Source of the DNA: Mantamonas sphyraenae STR306
Taxonomy: Eukaryota; Protista; CRuMs
Assembly (NCBI GenBank): GCA_026936335.1
Contig: JAPMXV010000007.1
Coordinates: forward strand, 314,273 to 378,272
Direction: 5' to 3'
DNA: 64,000 nt
Shown: positions 21,791-34,300 of the stretch, one piece after another
How positions within the stretch are numbered: position 1 is the stretch's first letter
Layout: each line of letters opens with the position of its first letter
Translations under genes and position numbers: made by a program
Notes under the pieces: generated by a model
Seen by the model: the letters and a program-made list of their open reading frames with translations, nothing else
What the model was told of the DNA's origin: nothing
Database searches by the model: none

Positions 21791-22543
21791 GTACGTGGAT
21801 TCCATGACATACACGAGAGACATGTGGGCAGTGGGTCTGGACGCACCTGGCGTGTGCGGTGTGTGTGTGTGTGTACGGCGTGTGTGGCGCTCGTGAGCGT
21901 GTGCGGTGTGCTTGGCCGTGCCTTTGCGATTGTTTGGGCGCGGCTGCATGCACACGACGCTGCGGGCCGGCACAAACGGAGACTCAGGACAGCAGACGAC
22001 GCAGCAGGTAGCCACAGCGCTGCACGTGCATGTAGGGTGTGTGCAGGACGTGTGTATGGCAGACGCAGATCCTTGATGCGTGCGTGCGGGACGTGCCAGA
22101 GGGCAAGGGGATTGGCAAACCCTCGCCCCTTTGCGCTCGTTCAGACGCACCCTGCATCCCATACGCCGTCTTTACAGCCACACCCGCTTGCGTGTGCACG
22201 CATGTGTGTCTCTGTGTGTCCGTGCATCTGTCTCTCCGTGCTGTGTGTGTGTCTGTGTGTGCATGGGGACGCGCTGGAGGCCAGAGTGCAATTCGGCAAC
22301 ATGCATTTTTTTCGTGCTTCGTCGGCCCCCGTACACACGCCATTGGACACACACACGCGCGCCACGTCGCTTGATGGCACACACGTGCATCGTACACGCC
22401 GCACAACGTCTCGCCTGCGTGCCACATGCGCTGCCACACGCTTGCAGGCGCGCAGAAGCTGGCTTGCGAGGGACGGCTGAGCGAATTTGCGCCGCCGCGG
22501 CTTTTGCAACCGCTGACACAAGCAAAACGTGCACTCTACACAG
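21791..22543 (+). other. Predicted 753-nt 5'-UTR intron of RPS20 forming a long nested fold-back
   Basis: GTACGT donor at 21791; GCTGAC branch point near 22512; ACAG acceptor directly before the RPS20 ATG; at least 9 nested complementary segments centred near 22115. Confidence 0.65.
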
Positions 22544-22915
22544 ATGTCGACCACCACGGGCGCCTACAGCAAAAAGGGATTCGAGGGACAGCAAGACCAG
22601 TCGTCTGAGTTCAGGCGCATCCGCACGACGCTGACGTCGATGAACGTCAAGCACCTGGAGAAGGCCTGCGCGATGCTCCGCAAGAACGCCGAGGACCGCA
22701 AGTACGTGGTCAAGGGCCCCAAGCGCATGCCTACCAAGGTGCTGCGCATCACCACCCGCAAGTCGCCCTGCGGTAACGGTACCAACACCTGGGACCGCTT
22801 TGAGATGCGCATCCACAAGCGCGTCGTCGACGTGATCGCCCCGCCCGATATTGTCAAGCAGATCACCTCGTTCCCGCTGGACGACAGCGTCAACGTGGAG
22901 GTTGTCATGCTTTAA
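22544..22915 (+). CDS. RPS20: 40S ribosomal protein S20 (uS10)
   Basis: [48 protein letters not shown]. Confidence 0.98.
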   Translation: MSTTTGAYSKKGFEGQQDQSSEFRRIRTTLTSMNVKHLEKACAMLRKNAEDRKYVVKGPKRMPTKVLRITTRKSPCGNGTNTWDRFEMRIHKRVVDVIAPPDIVKQITSFPLDDSVNVEVVML

Positions 22916-22964
22916 ATCGTTGAAAAATTGCAAATGGACACTCCATTTCCTCACGGATTTCCCT

Positions 22965-23254
22965 CTACGCGCTGCCGCTGCCCACCCCATTGCTCAGGTT
23001 GAGCATCTGGTGCAAAAAGTCTTGTGGAGCCATGGTGTCGGTGGCACCGACAATGACTTCAACGCCGGCCTCGTCGCTGACCTCATGGCCTGCACGCAGC
23101 TCGGAATAGGTGACGCCGCCCACGCCAAAGACAATCAGGCGGCCCTGGTTCCCTCGGCGGCTGCTGCTGCTGCCACCGCTGCTGCTGCTGCCTCCCCCTC
23201 CACTGTTGCCCCATCGGTTGACACCCAGCTTGCTCTTGAAGCCGCCCGTGGACG

Positions 23255-23286
<32 letters not shown>

Positions 23287-24383
23287 GACGAGCCGCCGTT
23301 GCTCGGTTCCTTCACAAACGGAAACTCGTCGTTGGACAGCTTGCCCGAGTGGGCACTGAGCATGACCTCTTTCAGCGCAGGCACAAAGCGCGACAGCTCA
23401 TAGGACACCTCGCTGTTGTTGCGTTTGCCCTTGCCAAGTTTGCTCATCAGGTTCTTCAGGCCCTTGCCCCACTTCTTGTTGGCCTTGGACAGGTTGATGC
23501 CCAGCAGCGACAGGTTGTTCACTGTTTGCGTCTGGTCCAAGTCAAACCCAGCCAGGTCCATCAGCTTTCGACGCGCGCTGTTCTCCACACCCTCCTGCGA
23601 GATGATGTACAGCATGAGCAGACGCATCTTGTTCTCGGCACTGATGTTGTCGTCTTGCAGCAGCAGCGTCAGACTGGTGCTCAGGCTCGTCACCTGGTTC
23701 CCGTTGACGTCAAAGCCGGTCGCCATGTCTTGCTCCAGGCCGGCCACGTCGTTCAGCTGCTGGCGGTTGAACTCCTCCATGGCATGCGACTGCATCGTCG
23801 TGTGCATTGTGTACTGAGCCTTCATCTTGGAAAACTTTGGGATGGCCTTGACTGTGCTGCGCATGTTCTTCAGGTTCTTGTGCTGCTCCTCGCTGCTTTC
23901 CGAATCGCGGCTGCTCACCATGCTCTTGTTCTCCTCCAGGAAGCGCTTGAACTGGGCAGACACGTCGTTCAGCGCCACTGCAATGTGCTCATATCGATAG
24001 CGTTCCCACAGGTCGCCCGACACAAGGGTTTCCGTGTCTGTGCGCTTGCCCGACCCGTCTGTGTACGAGAAGCGGTACACGTTGTCCTTGCCAACCTTTG
24101 CCACATCGCGCACCAGTGCCTCGTACGTAAACTCGTGCAGCAGGGGGGCCACCATGTCAAAGGTGCGGTCGAAAATCACCAGCGTTCCTGCTGGGCTGCG
24201 CGGCGTCACACTCAGATTGTTGCCGTAAAACTCCTCCAGGGCATCAAACAGCAGGTTGGCAATCGATTGACACATCGTGTCCACCACCTGGTTGCCTGTG
24301 TTGGGCTTCTGGTACCGAATCACTGGCTTCTCCTCAAGCGTCACGCACAAGGACAGCAGCTGTGTGTCGAGAGGACAGCGTGT

Positions 24384-24416
<33 letters not shown>

Positions 24417-25325
24417 CCTATTGTGTGCTTCATCGTAGTGCCACCTACCTGCTCAACCATGCGCTTTTTGACCTTGGCCACCGCTCCGCCGCTCAAGGCT
24501 TGCCCAAACAGTTCGCTCAGCGCGTCCTCGTAGTTGAGCGTGAATGCAGTGGGCCCCACGGCTGTTCATGTGCAGTGGATTACACATGCGTAGTCGTCGA
24601 TGGTGTGCAACGTGTCCGTGTGCATGTCTCGTGTCAGCGCCCGGAGCCGGCCCGTTGTGCGGCGGTCGTCAGGGAGGAAACTGAAAATCGGAAGCAACTC
24701 ACCGTTGAAATCCAGGTAGAACTCCTTCAGGGTGGCCAGCTTGGCCATCAGGTCCTTGCTGCTGCTCATGGCGTCAATCACAGCGTCGCTTGCGCCTGTG
24801 GTTGTGTGTGCAGAGTGTGCGTGTGTGGTGTGTGTCAGACGGGGGGAGGGACTCCTGCGTGGGAAATCGCGCGGTGGAAACAAACGCACGTCCGGTGAAA
24901 AACACGTGGGCCTTGGCATAGATGGCTCCTCCGGCCCAGTTGTCTTCTTGAAAGTCCTCCACAATCTTGGCCGCGTTCTCCTCTGTCGGCTCCAGCAAGT
25001 AGATCATCTCCCAATCCTGCAGCGGCTGCCTGCGCAGCTCGACAAACTCCGTCACTGCAAACAAGGCGTACACGGTGTCAGCGTTGTGGACATACCTCTC
25101 GCCCCACATCCCCTTTATCGCTGTGGGTGTACACTGTCTCTGTCATCGTCGTCCACACGTACCCATCACGCCCTCGTCAATGAGGCTGTCCATGTCCATG
25201 AACGAACTGAGCATCGACACGGAGCGCTTGTCCACGACCAAGCCCTTGAAACCCGAGCTCGGATTGACAGTGCTAAGCACCTCAGACACCAATCGGTCGT
25301 ATGCCAACTCTTTGATGTTGCTCAT
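22965..25325 (-). CDS. SEC1: Sec1/Munc18 (SM) syntaxin-binding protein; exons about 25325-25163, 25054-24890, 24795-24703, 24561-24449, 24359-22965
   Basis: KGLVVD, RRQPL...IYLLEP, LCVTLEEKPVIRY, IFDRTFDMVAPLLHEFTYEA, LEQDMATG, YELSRFVP and RLIVFGVGGVTYSELR. Four GT-AG introns keep the frame. Confidence 0.93.
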
Positions 25326-25385
25326 GCTTCCTGCGCGGTTGTCTTGCCGCTGCCCTCGCTCCGCCAACACACATCCCAAAGACCC

Positions 25386-28300
25386 ATGTCCAGTCTGCGA
25401 TTCGAACATTCGCTGCCGGCTCACAAGAAGTACAGCAAAAGTGTGAGCGGCAAGTCGCGGAACAACAAGGCCACCCTGGCCTCAGTCCGAGGACTGGACG
25501 ACGAGGAGAACGACGCTTCTGAAGAAGCCATGCTCGTATGTGGATTCCACCCCGGCGCTCATTTTGCTGTCTGCATGCCACCACACACGAGTTGCTGTGC
25601 ACCCAGCTGCGTTTGGTCCTGCTTCGCAGCCTGTGTGTCCCGTGAGGCACGCTCGTGTCACTCGACCGTTTTGCGCGCCCTCAACCCGCCCTTTGCGTAC
25701 CCCGTCGCGCACGCACTCACACGCCTCCTCTCGCACCTTCACCTGCAGAAACCGAGTGAATTCATCAAGAGCATTCGGCAGGACACGGGGGACCTGCTGC
25801 AGAAGACCGGCCTCAAGCGCAACAAGCCCGAGATCATCGAGTTCTTGCGATTGGCCGACTTTTCCATCCACACAGAGTGCAATGTCGATGTCGACGACAC
25901 CATCTTCCAACCCTTCCCCCAGGAGATTGTGTTTCAGAACTACGAGCCCTTTCAATCTTACGAGCTCGTCCTCTATCTGCGCAACAACGACAAGGCATGT
26001 TGGCCCCTCGCCAACGGAAACGCCCTCCACCTCGGCCCCGGCTCACACACACGTCCCACACGCACACACAACCGCCCACACCGCACACAGTTTGGCCGCC
26101 GCGTGAAAATCACCCCTCCCGACTCGGCCTACTTTGCCGTGTCTGCCCCCAAGATGAATGTCAAGGCCAACAAGGGCAAGGTTGCGCCGGGCATGGAGGT
26201 CTCGGCAACGGTTACTTTCACGCCCGACTCCACACGAGATTACCAGTACGACCTCATTGTGGTCACCGAACGCGAAAAGTTCATTGTGCCCATCCGGTGC
26301 ATTGGTGCACGTGGTGCCCTGGACTTTCCCGACGCGTTGCACTTTGCCGCGGCACCCGTGAAACACACCACCACGCGCACCGTACTCGTACGCAACGTCG
26401 GTGTCAAGCCCGTCAAGTTTGCCCTCAGCTGCCCCGAGCCGTTTGCCACTGTTTCTGAGGGCTATCTCGACGTCGACGCCTGCACACAGATCGCAGTCGA
26501 CTTTCATCCGCGGGTGCGTTTTGGCGCGCGCGCCTCCCGCATTGCCTTCTTCCCCCCTTTCTCCGCGTCCCTGTATCCCACCTGCGCCTGGCGTCGTCCC
26601 ATGCGCCGTAACTGTGCCTTGCTGACATCTGTGTGCTTCTGTGGACATCCGACGTCCCCCCCCCCCCCACAGCAAACGGGTGACTATCAAGCGCCGCTGC
26701 TCATCACGTACGACTCGGGCGAGACTGTCGCCTGCCAGCTCACGGGTGAGGCAGAGGACGTGAACATCCGGCTGGAAAAGAGCACAGTGCGCCTGGAGCC
26801 CACGTTCATCTCGCTCAGCAGCCAGGCCACGTTTCGCATCTTCAACCGCAGCAACATCACTGCCAAGTTTGCTTGGAAGCGCTATGCGACTGCACACGAC
26901 GACAATCAGCACCGCATGCGCTCCAACCTTGAACTGGCCAAGGAGGAGGCCGCCGTAGCCATGGGCGAGCAGTCGGGCCTCTTGTCTAGCGAGGCAGCCG
27001 CGTCGTCGTCGTCTTCGCAGAGCAATGGTAAGTTGCGCTGTGTGTGTGTGTGTGTGTTGCCACGCGTTGCCTTTATCTAACACTTGCACCCTCTGCGTGT
27101 GTGGTGACACTGTTGCAGTCGACGCCCAGTTGTCGTCTACCATGCTGGCACGGCAGTTCAAGCAGCTGGGCAAAGACATCGAGGCTGATCCTCTGCTGTT
27201 TCAAGACGAATGCTTCACCATCACGCCTGAGGAGGGCACGGTGAGGCCCGGCTCGCAGGTGGAGGTGACGGTGTTGTTCAATCCCATCCTTGCGCAGCAA
27301 TATTCGCGCACCGCGTTTTTGGAAATCAGCGGACGCGAAAGCAGGCTGCCGCTACAGATCAAGGCACCCGGCCTGGGACCGCACGTTGCGTTCAGCTACG
27401 ATTTCCTGGACATCGGTGGCGTGTACGTGGACACCATCCACCAGTACGAGCTGTTCCTGGAGAACCAGGGCCAGATTCCAGCCGACTTTGAGATGGACCC
27501 AGTGGTGTCGTCGTTTGGCCAGCGCTTTGCCATCGAACCCACTCATGGCCACCTGGATGTGGGCCAGAGCCAACGTGTGCAGGTGACATTTGACTCGTCA
27601 CAGTGCCTGGGCACGTTTGCCGAGCAGTTTGACTGGCGCGTGGGCGGCTCGCCCGAACCGCTGCACATTACCATCCGCGGCGAAGTGGTCGGCCCCAACT
27701 TTAGCTTTGATGTGCACAGCGTCGACTATGGCATCATCAGCTACGGGTTCCTGAGCACGGCCACGTTCTATCTGCAGAACACGTCTGAAATCCCGCTTCT
27801 GTACGCCCTGCGCATCCCCAGCAACAAGAGCTTTGGCGAGCAGGAATTTGAGATCACGCCGTCCACTGGCGCAGTGCGTGCGTTTGGCAAACAGCAGATC
27901 CAACTCAACTTTACACCCGGCAGCGTGGCCAAGTACGACACGAAGCTGGTGGTCGACGTGGACAACGTGGGACCCAACCTGCTGTCGATTCCCGTGCGCG
28001 CAGAGGCGGTCATCCCCAAGATCCGGCTGTTGACAACGCACCTGGACTTTGGCGAGTGCTACATCCGCCACACATACACCATGGAGGTGTTGTTTTCCAA
28101 CGAAAGCGATCTGCCGGCGACGTACGAGCTGCTCACCCAGGACGAAGACAGCAAGAACCTGGCCTTGTACGACGTGGACGAAGACCATGGCACCATCCCC
28201 GCAGGCATGCCACAGATCCCAGCGGAGCGCATTGTGCTTCTGACCATCACGCCGCAGCGTCTTGGCAGCATCAGCCTGCAGGCGGGATTTAGCATTGTGG

Positions 28301-31300
28301 GCAGCGACCAGCCTCCGTTTATGATCAGCATCAACGCGACGTGCGTGGGTCCGTACGCCACGCTGGAGCCCGAGCGGGTGCGGTTTGGCCAGATGGAAGT
28401 GCTGCACAGTCAGGAGCAGACGGTGCATGTGCACAACCCGACGCCTATCCCGCTGCCCTTCAAGGCATTTGTCAAGGGCCGTGGCTCTCGTTTTGCTCTG
28501 TCTCACGCAGACAGTGTGGTGGCGCCGGGCGACACGCTAGACCTGACGGTCGAGGCGCACCTGGACGACACCAAAAAGTTTCAGGACGAACTGTGCATTG
28601 TGGTCACCGAAGGCCAAACCTACCGCGTGCCCATCAGTGCCACAGGCACAGGGACAACCATCAGCGCAGACGCAGACATGGAAATGATTGACTTTGGCGA
28701 CCAGTTTAGCAACCGGTCGACGCGCAGGACGTTCCGCCTGGAGAATCAGGGCCGCCGCCCGGCCACGCTGAAGTGGACGATGGAAAAGATCAACGGAGAG
28801 CCTGCGAGCGGGTCGCGAGAGCGCCGCATGGCTGCTATCCGTGCAGGCAAGCAGCCGAAGCGACTGGAGTCGACGTTTGTCGTGACGCCAGACAAGTTTA
28901 CCGTGGACGGCCACACAGGCTTTGAACTGGAAATCGAAGCGGCCAGCGATGCGGCACGCGAGATTGTGGAGGAGTGGGTGTGCACATCCACAGTGGGCAA
29001 CAAGACGACGGTGGTGTTCCGCTCGACACTTCGAGCCAACTTTGTAACGCCGCTGCTGGAGTTTGACCCGCCGCAGCTTGCGTGGGAGTTTCTGAACCGG
29101 TCGCACGACACGGAGCGCATTACAGAGTACAAGCAGCTGCGTGTGCGCAATGGCAGCGCTCTGCCGCTGGAGTTTGCGATGTCGTGCGCAGCGCCGTTTG
29201 AGTGCACGTCGAACCAGCTGATTTTGCCGTCGGGTGGAGAGACGAGCATCAACGTGGGCTTCGACGTGGAGTGGAAGAAGGACACCGTGTCGCAAGAGGT
29301 GAACGAAAACATTGTGGTGAGCTACGCGGAGCATCCGCAGCGTGACCACATCCCACTGACGGGCAGCATTTGGTTCCCAAACGTGGCGATGGATCGGCAG
29401 GAGTTGAGCTTTGGCTCGCTGCTGAACGACACAGAAAGCCGTGAGTTTGTGGTGGTGAGCAACCCGGGCAAGCTTGTGTCGCGTTGCGAGTGGACGTTTG
29501 TGGAGGGGTCGCTGTCGGTGACGTCGATCACGCCGACAACGGCACGCACGCAAGAAGTGTCGGAACCCGAGATGGACATCCACGAGGTGTTTGACATCGT
29601 GCCGCGGGTGTTTGAGCTTGCGCCGGGCGAGTCGCAAAAGATCGAGTTTGTGTTTTACGGGTTTGAGGACACGCGGATCGCTGGAACGGCCATGTGTCTG
29701 GTGGACGGTGGACCGGAGTACCGCGTGGAGTTGCAGGGCGAGGCGTCGTCGGTGCACTACCGGCTGGATCAAAGCGAACTGGACTTTGGCGTGGTCGCGT
29801 TTGACCAGGTGGTGGAGAAAGAGATCAAGCTGATCAACCCAGGCAAGGTGCCGTTTGATTTTGACGTGCAGATGGACAAGGTGTCGCGAGCTGATGTGGT
29901 GGAGGTGCAGCCGATGTCGGGTCAGATTGGCGCGGAATCGATGCGCACGCTGCGCGTGCGCTTCCTTGCGTCGGGCCCCGAGCAAATCGAGGAGCAGTTT
30001 ATGATCAAAGTGGCGCACTTTGAGCCGGACATTGTGACCGTGCGTGGTTGTGGTGCCTTCCCGAGGCTGTCTGCGTCTTTGCCGCGGCTGGAAACGGATG
30101 ACATGGAGGGGTTGTTGGAACGTGCGCGCCAGGTGCTGCAGGAAGGTGGAAATTGGCACCCGATGACGGTGGAGTACCGCCCGCCTGCGACGGCGATGCC
30201 CATGACGGCGCGCCCTGGGACACGTGCGGCCACGGCCATGGCCAGCAGCAGCAAGCAGGTGCTGAGCATCGACACGTCCGCAGGTGTGGGTGTGGATGTG
30301 AAAGGCAAGGGCAAGGTGGAGGCTGAAAGAGCGCCAGAGGAAGAGGATGACGAGGAGGAAGACGACGGCGACGTGGAGCTCGATGTGCCCGTGATGGGCA
30401 TGCGTTTGGGAGAAGCAGAGTTGCTTGCCGAGGCGGAGCGTTTGACGGTGTTGGATCAAATCGATGCCCACGCGGAACGGCTGGCTGAGGTGCGAGCGAG
30501 CAGGGGACTGGTAAACACGGCCGGGTCAAGCAGCACGCGCGGACGACCGAGCACTTCTGGGCGTGGGAAATCGCACCTGAGTAGCGTGGCGCGTGATCTG
30601 CCGCACGCGCGTGTGGTGTTGGCCAACTACGTGCTGGACTTTGGCTTTGTGGTGAAGGGAACTTCAAAGAGCAAGAAGTTCACGTTGCGCAACACCGGCT
30701 TTGGGCCAATCTCGTTTGACGTGGACAAGCGCAGGCTGCAGGGAATGGGCGTTGACGTGAAACCCGACCGTATGCTGCGCATGGTGAGCGGCCCGCAAGG
30801 AGAAGACGTGGAGTTTACGGCGGTGCTGCAGTCAAAGAGCAGCGCGGTGCAGGTGGGCGACTGGACGGGCGAATTCCCGATCCGAGTGAAGAACGGGCCG
30901 ACGGTGATGGTGCACATGAAGGCACAAGTGGAGGTACCGGACGTGTACTTCAACCGTGAGCGCCTGGACTTTGGCAGCGTGGCTGTGGGCCAGTGCAAGG
31001 TGATTACGGTAAAGATTTGCAACCCGCAGAACGTGCCGTGCGAGTGGTCAGCCATGAGTTTGCGTGGCCAGAAGGACGAAGAGGGCAACTCGATCGGGTT
31101 TGGTGCGTTTAGCGTATCGCCTGCGCAGGGTACCTTGGCGCCTGGGGAAGAGCGTCTGGTGGAAGTGAAGTTTACGCCGGAGGAAGCACGCGAGCACGGG
31201 GTGAAGATTGGTGTACGTGTGACGCTGAACCAGCGTCAGCGCGTGCTTGTGTGCCGCGGAGAAGGACAGGCGACGCGTGTTCGTCTGTCGAGCAACAAGG

Positions 31301-34300
31301 TGACGTTTGAGCCGTTGCTGCCGTACACGACGCAAGAGAGCAAGAGTGTGGTGCTGTACAACCCGTGCGAATACCCGATCGAGGTGTACTCGCTGGACTT
31401 TGACACGCAGTACCTGCACGAGCAAGAAATGGTGCGTGCGATGCCCGAGTTTCACACGGACGAGGAGGACGCCAAAAAGAAGGAGCTGCATATGCCTCCC
31501 CGTGGGCCGGGCGAGGGGCTGCCCGCGCCGATTGTAGCCAACTACCAGGCCATCAAGGAAGCGGAGCGAGCGGCAATGGAGGAAGAGCAGCGTGCGCTTG
31601 CAGAGGCGCGTGCGAAACAAGTTGCCGAGGAAGAAGCAGCAGCGGCGGCAGCGGCAGCGGAAGCAGGCGAGGATGTAGAGGCAGCTGCGGGAGCAAACAC
31701 AACATCTGAGGGCGAAGATGGCAAGGGACGTCCTGGTACGTCGTCGTCGAGGCACTCGCACAGCGGACGCAAGCGATCTGGACGGGGATCGTCGCGCGGG
31801 CGCAGCAAGGACAAGCAGCGCAAGGAAAAAGGCGGCGAAGCAGAGACGTTGCAGGTAGACACTGCAGCAGCGGCGGAGGAAGTGAATGTGCTGACGATTG
31901 ACTCATCGCTCGCAGCGACGCCGAGGAGTAGCGCGAGCGCAGAAGAGGCGGAGGCGTCGTCGATGGCAATGGCCAGCCCTAGGTCTGTGAACGGAGTGGG
32001 CGAAGTGGAAGCAGCTGTGGCTGAGGCCGGAAGCGGACCGCAGAGTGGCCCAGCGCAGCCTGAACACGCGGTCAACGTGATTGTGTACGGACCGCCGCAG
32101 AGCGGAGTGACAAGCCAGGCGATGGCGCTGGGCAAGTACTACCAAACGCCTGTTGTCAGCGTGGATGCCGTGCTGGAGGAAAGCATGAAACAAGAAACCG
32201 GGCTTGGCATGGTGCTTCGCCACACGCTGGAGGAGATTGAGCGCAAACGGGCGGCCGGAGAGCTGGGCACTGACGGCGAAGCGGCACAGGGTGACGAAAG
32301 CAGCGTGTCAGCAAGCGGGCCTGGGTCGGGGAGCAAGACTGTGGCCGGACGACGTGCAGGAGGGTCGACGACACGGCGTGGGTCGCGTTCGGGCAGGCCG
32401 AACAAGGGCCGTGCGGGAGCAGGCGGAAGCAAGGCGGCTGGCGGACGCGGAAGCGGACGCAGTGGCCTGGGCGAGAGCGGAGAGAGCGAAGAGCAAAACG
32501 AAGCCAAGGAGGAAACAGCGGACGATCCGCGATACGCGCCGATGGGTTTGCTGGTGGCCATCCTGAAGCAGTTTCTGCGCGGCGAGGCGTTCCAGCGCGG
32601 CGTGGTTCTGGATGGACTTGCCAGCAGGTTTACAGCGGACGAGCACATGACGGCACGGGTGTTGGAGAGGCTGGCAAAGGGAGAAGAGGCTTCTTGGTAC
32701 GTGGTGGTGCTGGACGTGTCGCCGCGCAAGGTGCTGGAGCGAGACCTTGCGGAGCGGGAAGCAGCAGCGCTTGCGGAGAAACAGGCAGCGCTGGATGCAC
32801 GGGAGAAGGAGATTGCGTATGTGCAGGAGGTGACGGAGGATGAGTACGAGGCGATGAGCGAGGAGGAACAAGCGGAGTACGACAAACGGCTGCGCAAGTA
32901 TGTGGATGAGAAGCGTGCACTGGAGAAAGAACGGCGCGAGGCAAAAGCAGAGCGTGAAAGGCTGGCGGAAGAAGAGCGCAAACGCGCAGAAGTGGCAGCA
33001 GCGGAAGAGGAGCGAGCAGCACAGCTGGCGGCGGAGGCCGAGGCGCACAAGCGCACAGGGCGTCGTGGAACGCGTGGAGCACGCACGGCACGACGTGGTG
33101 GTAAGGAGAGCAGCGGAAAAGAGATGGGTGTGCCTGCAACTGGCGGGGAGAGGGAGTTGTCGCCGCGGGAAGGCGGTAAACAAGGGCGTGCGAGCAGCTC
33201 GATGAGCGGCAAGAGCGTCGAGACGGCGGAGTCTGTGGGTGGCGGCGAGGAACACGGGGACCAGGAGGCGGAGACGGCCATGTCGCTGGACAACGAACAG
33301 TTTGACGCGGAGCTTGTGGTGCGCATGAAGGCTTTCCAGAGCGTGTTTGGCAAGGTGGCGAGTGCATTGCAGCTTGTGTTGGATGACGAGACAAGCGACC
33401 TGGCACAGCTGATGGCCGCCCACAAGGCGGAGGAGGAGGCAGCAGCGGCGGCAGCAGCTGAGGAGGAGATGAAGCATGGGAACCGAAGCGGGCGACGCAC
33501 GAGCTCGCGAGGGAACAGTCGGGCGGCGGCGGCAGCAGCAGCCGCAGACGAAGAAGGGGAAGGCGAAGAAGCACAGGAAGCGGTTGACGAGGAGGAGAAG
33601 GAAGCTGTGGTGAAGTCTGTGGTTGTGCCCGGAAACTTGGACCAAGAACAGGCGATGGGTGTGATGCAGGTGTTGCTTCCGCTGGTGCCACCCATGGGCG
33701 ACGAGGACGAAGGCAAGTTGCATATCCCGGGACCCGTAACGTATGATCTGTACAAGTACCCTCTGAAGACGAAGCCGCGAGTGCCAGTGACAAACTTTCG
33801 CATTGCGACCGTGCACCACCTGACTGAAGAGGAGATCCGCGCCAAGGCACAGGAGATGGCGGATGCCGCCGCCGCCGCCGCCGCAGCAGCAGAGGAGGAA
33901 GCACGCCGAGGACGTCGCGGGAAGCGCAGCAAGGAGAAGGAGACACACAAGGAGGTACCGAAGGAAGAAGGCGCCACGGGAGAAAGCGGCGTGGAAGAGG
34001 AGGACCCGCTGCTGGAGTGGATGGACAAGGTGCAAGTGTTTCACACCGACGAGACGCAGACGCGATGGGTGTTGCAGCCGTTTGAGAACGTGGAGCTGCT
34101 GGTGAGCTTTGAAGCGAGCCAGGTGGGCGACTACGTATCGCAGCTGGGCTTCCAGGCTGTGGGCGGACAAAAGATCCATACAGTGACGGTACAAGGCGTG
34201 TGCGCGTTGCCTCAGGTGAGCGACAACGTGCGCAACGTGTACATGAACCGACGCGCAGGGAAGCGCATGCGTGTGCCGACCAATGGTGTGTTGCAGAACG

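Noticed and set aside
21730-21823. Minus-strand peptide MSLVYVMESTYICYWFFWMVS, reminiscent of V-ATPase subunit e
   Set aside because: Similarity is too short, the frame runs antisense into the sugar porter, and the region is better explained as the RPS20 first exon and donor.
21960-22312. SRP RNA, 7SK or telomerase RNA identity for the RPS20 intron hairpin (TGTAG, CAGG...AGCAGG, T7 run at 22306-12)
   Set aside because: No properly spaced SRP helix-8 motif, no CTAACCCT template (only AAACCCT) and no clear C/D or H/ACA boxes, so it is left as an unassigned structure.
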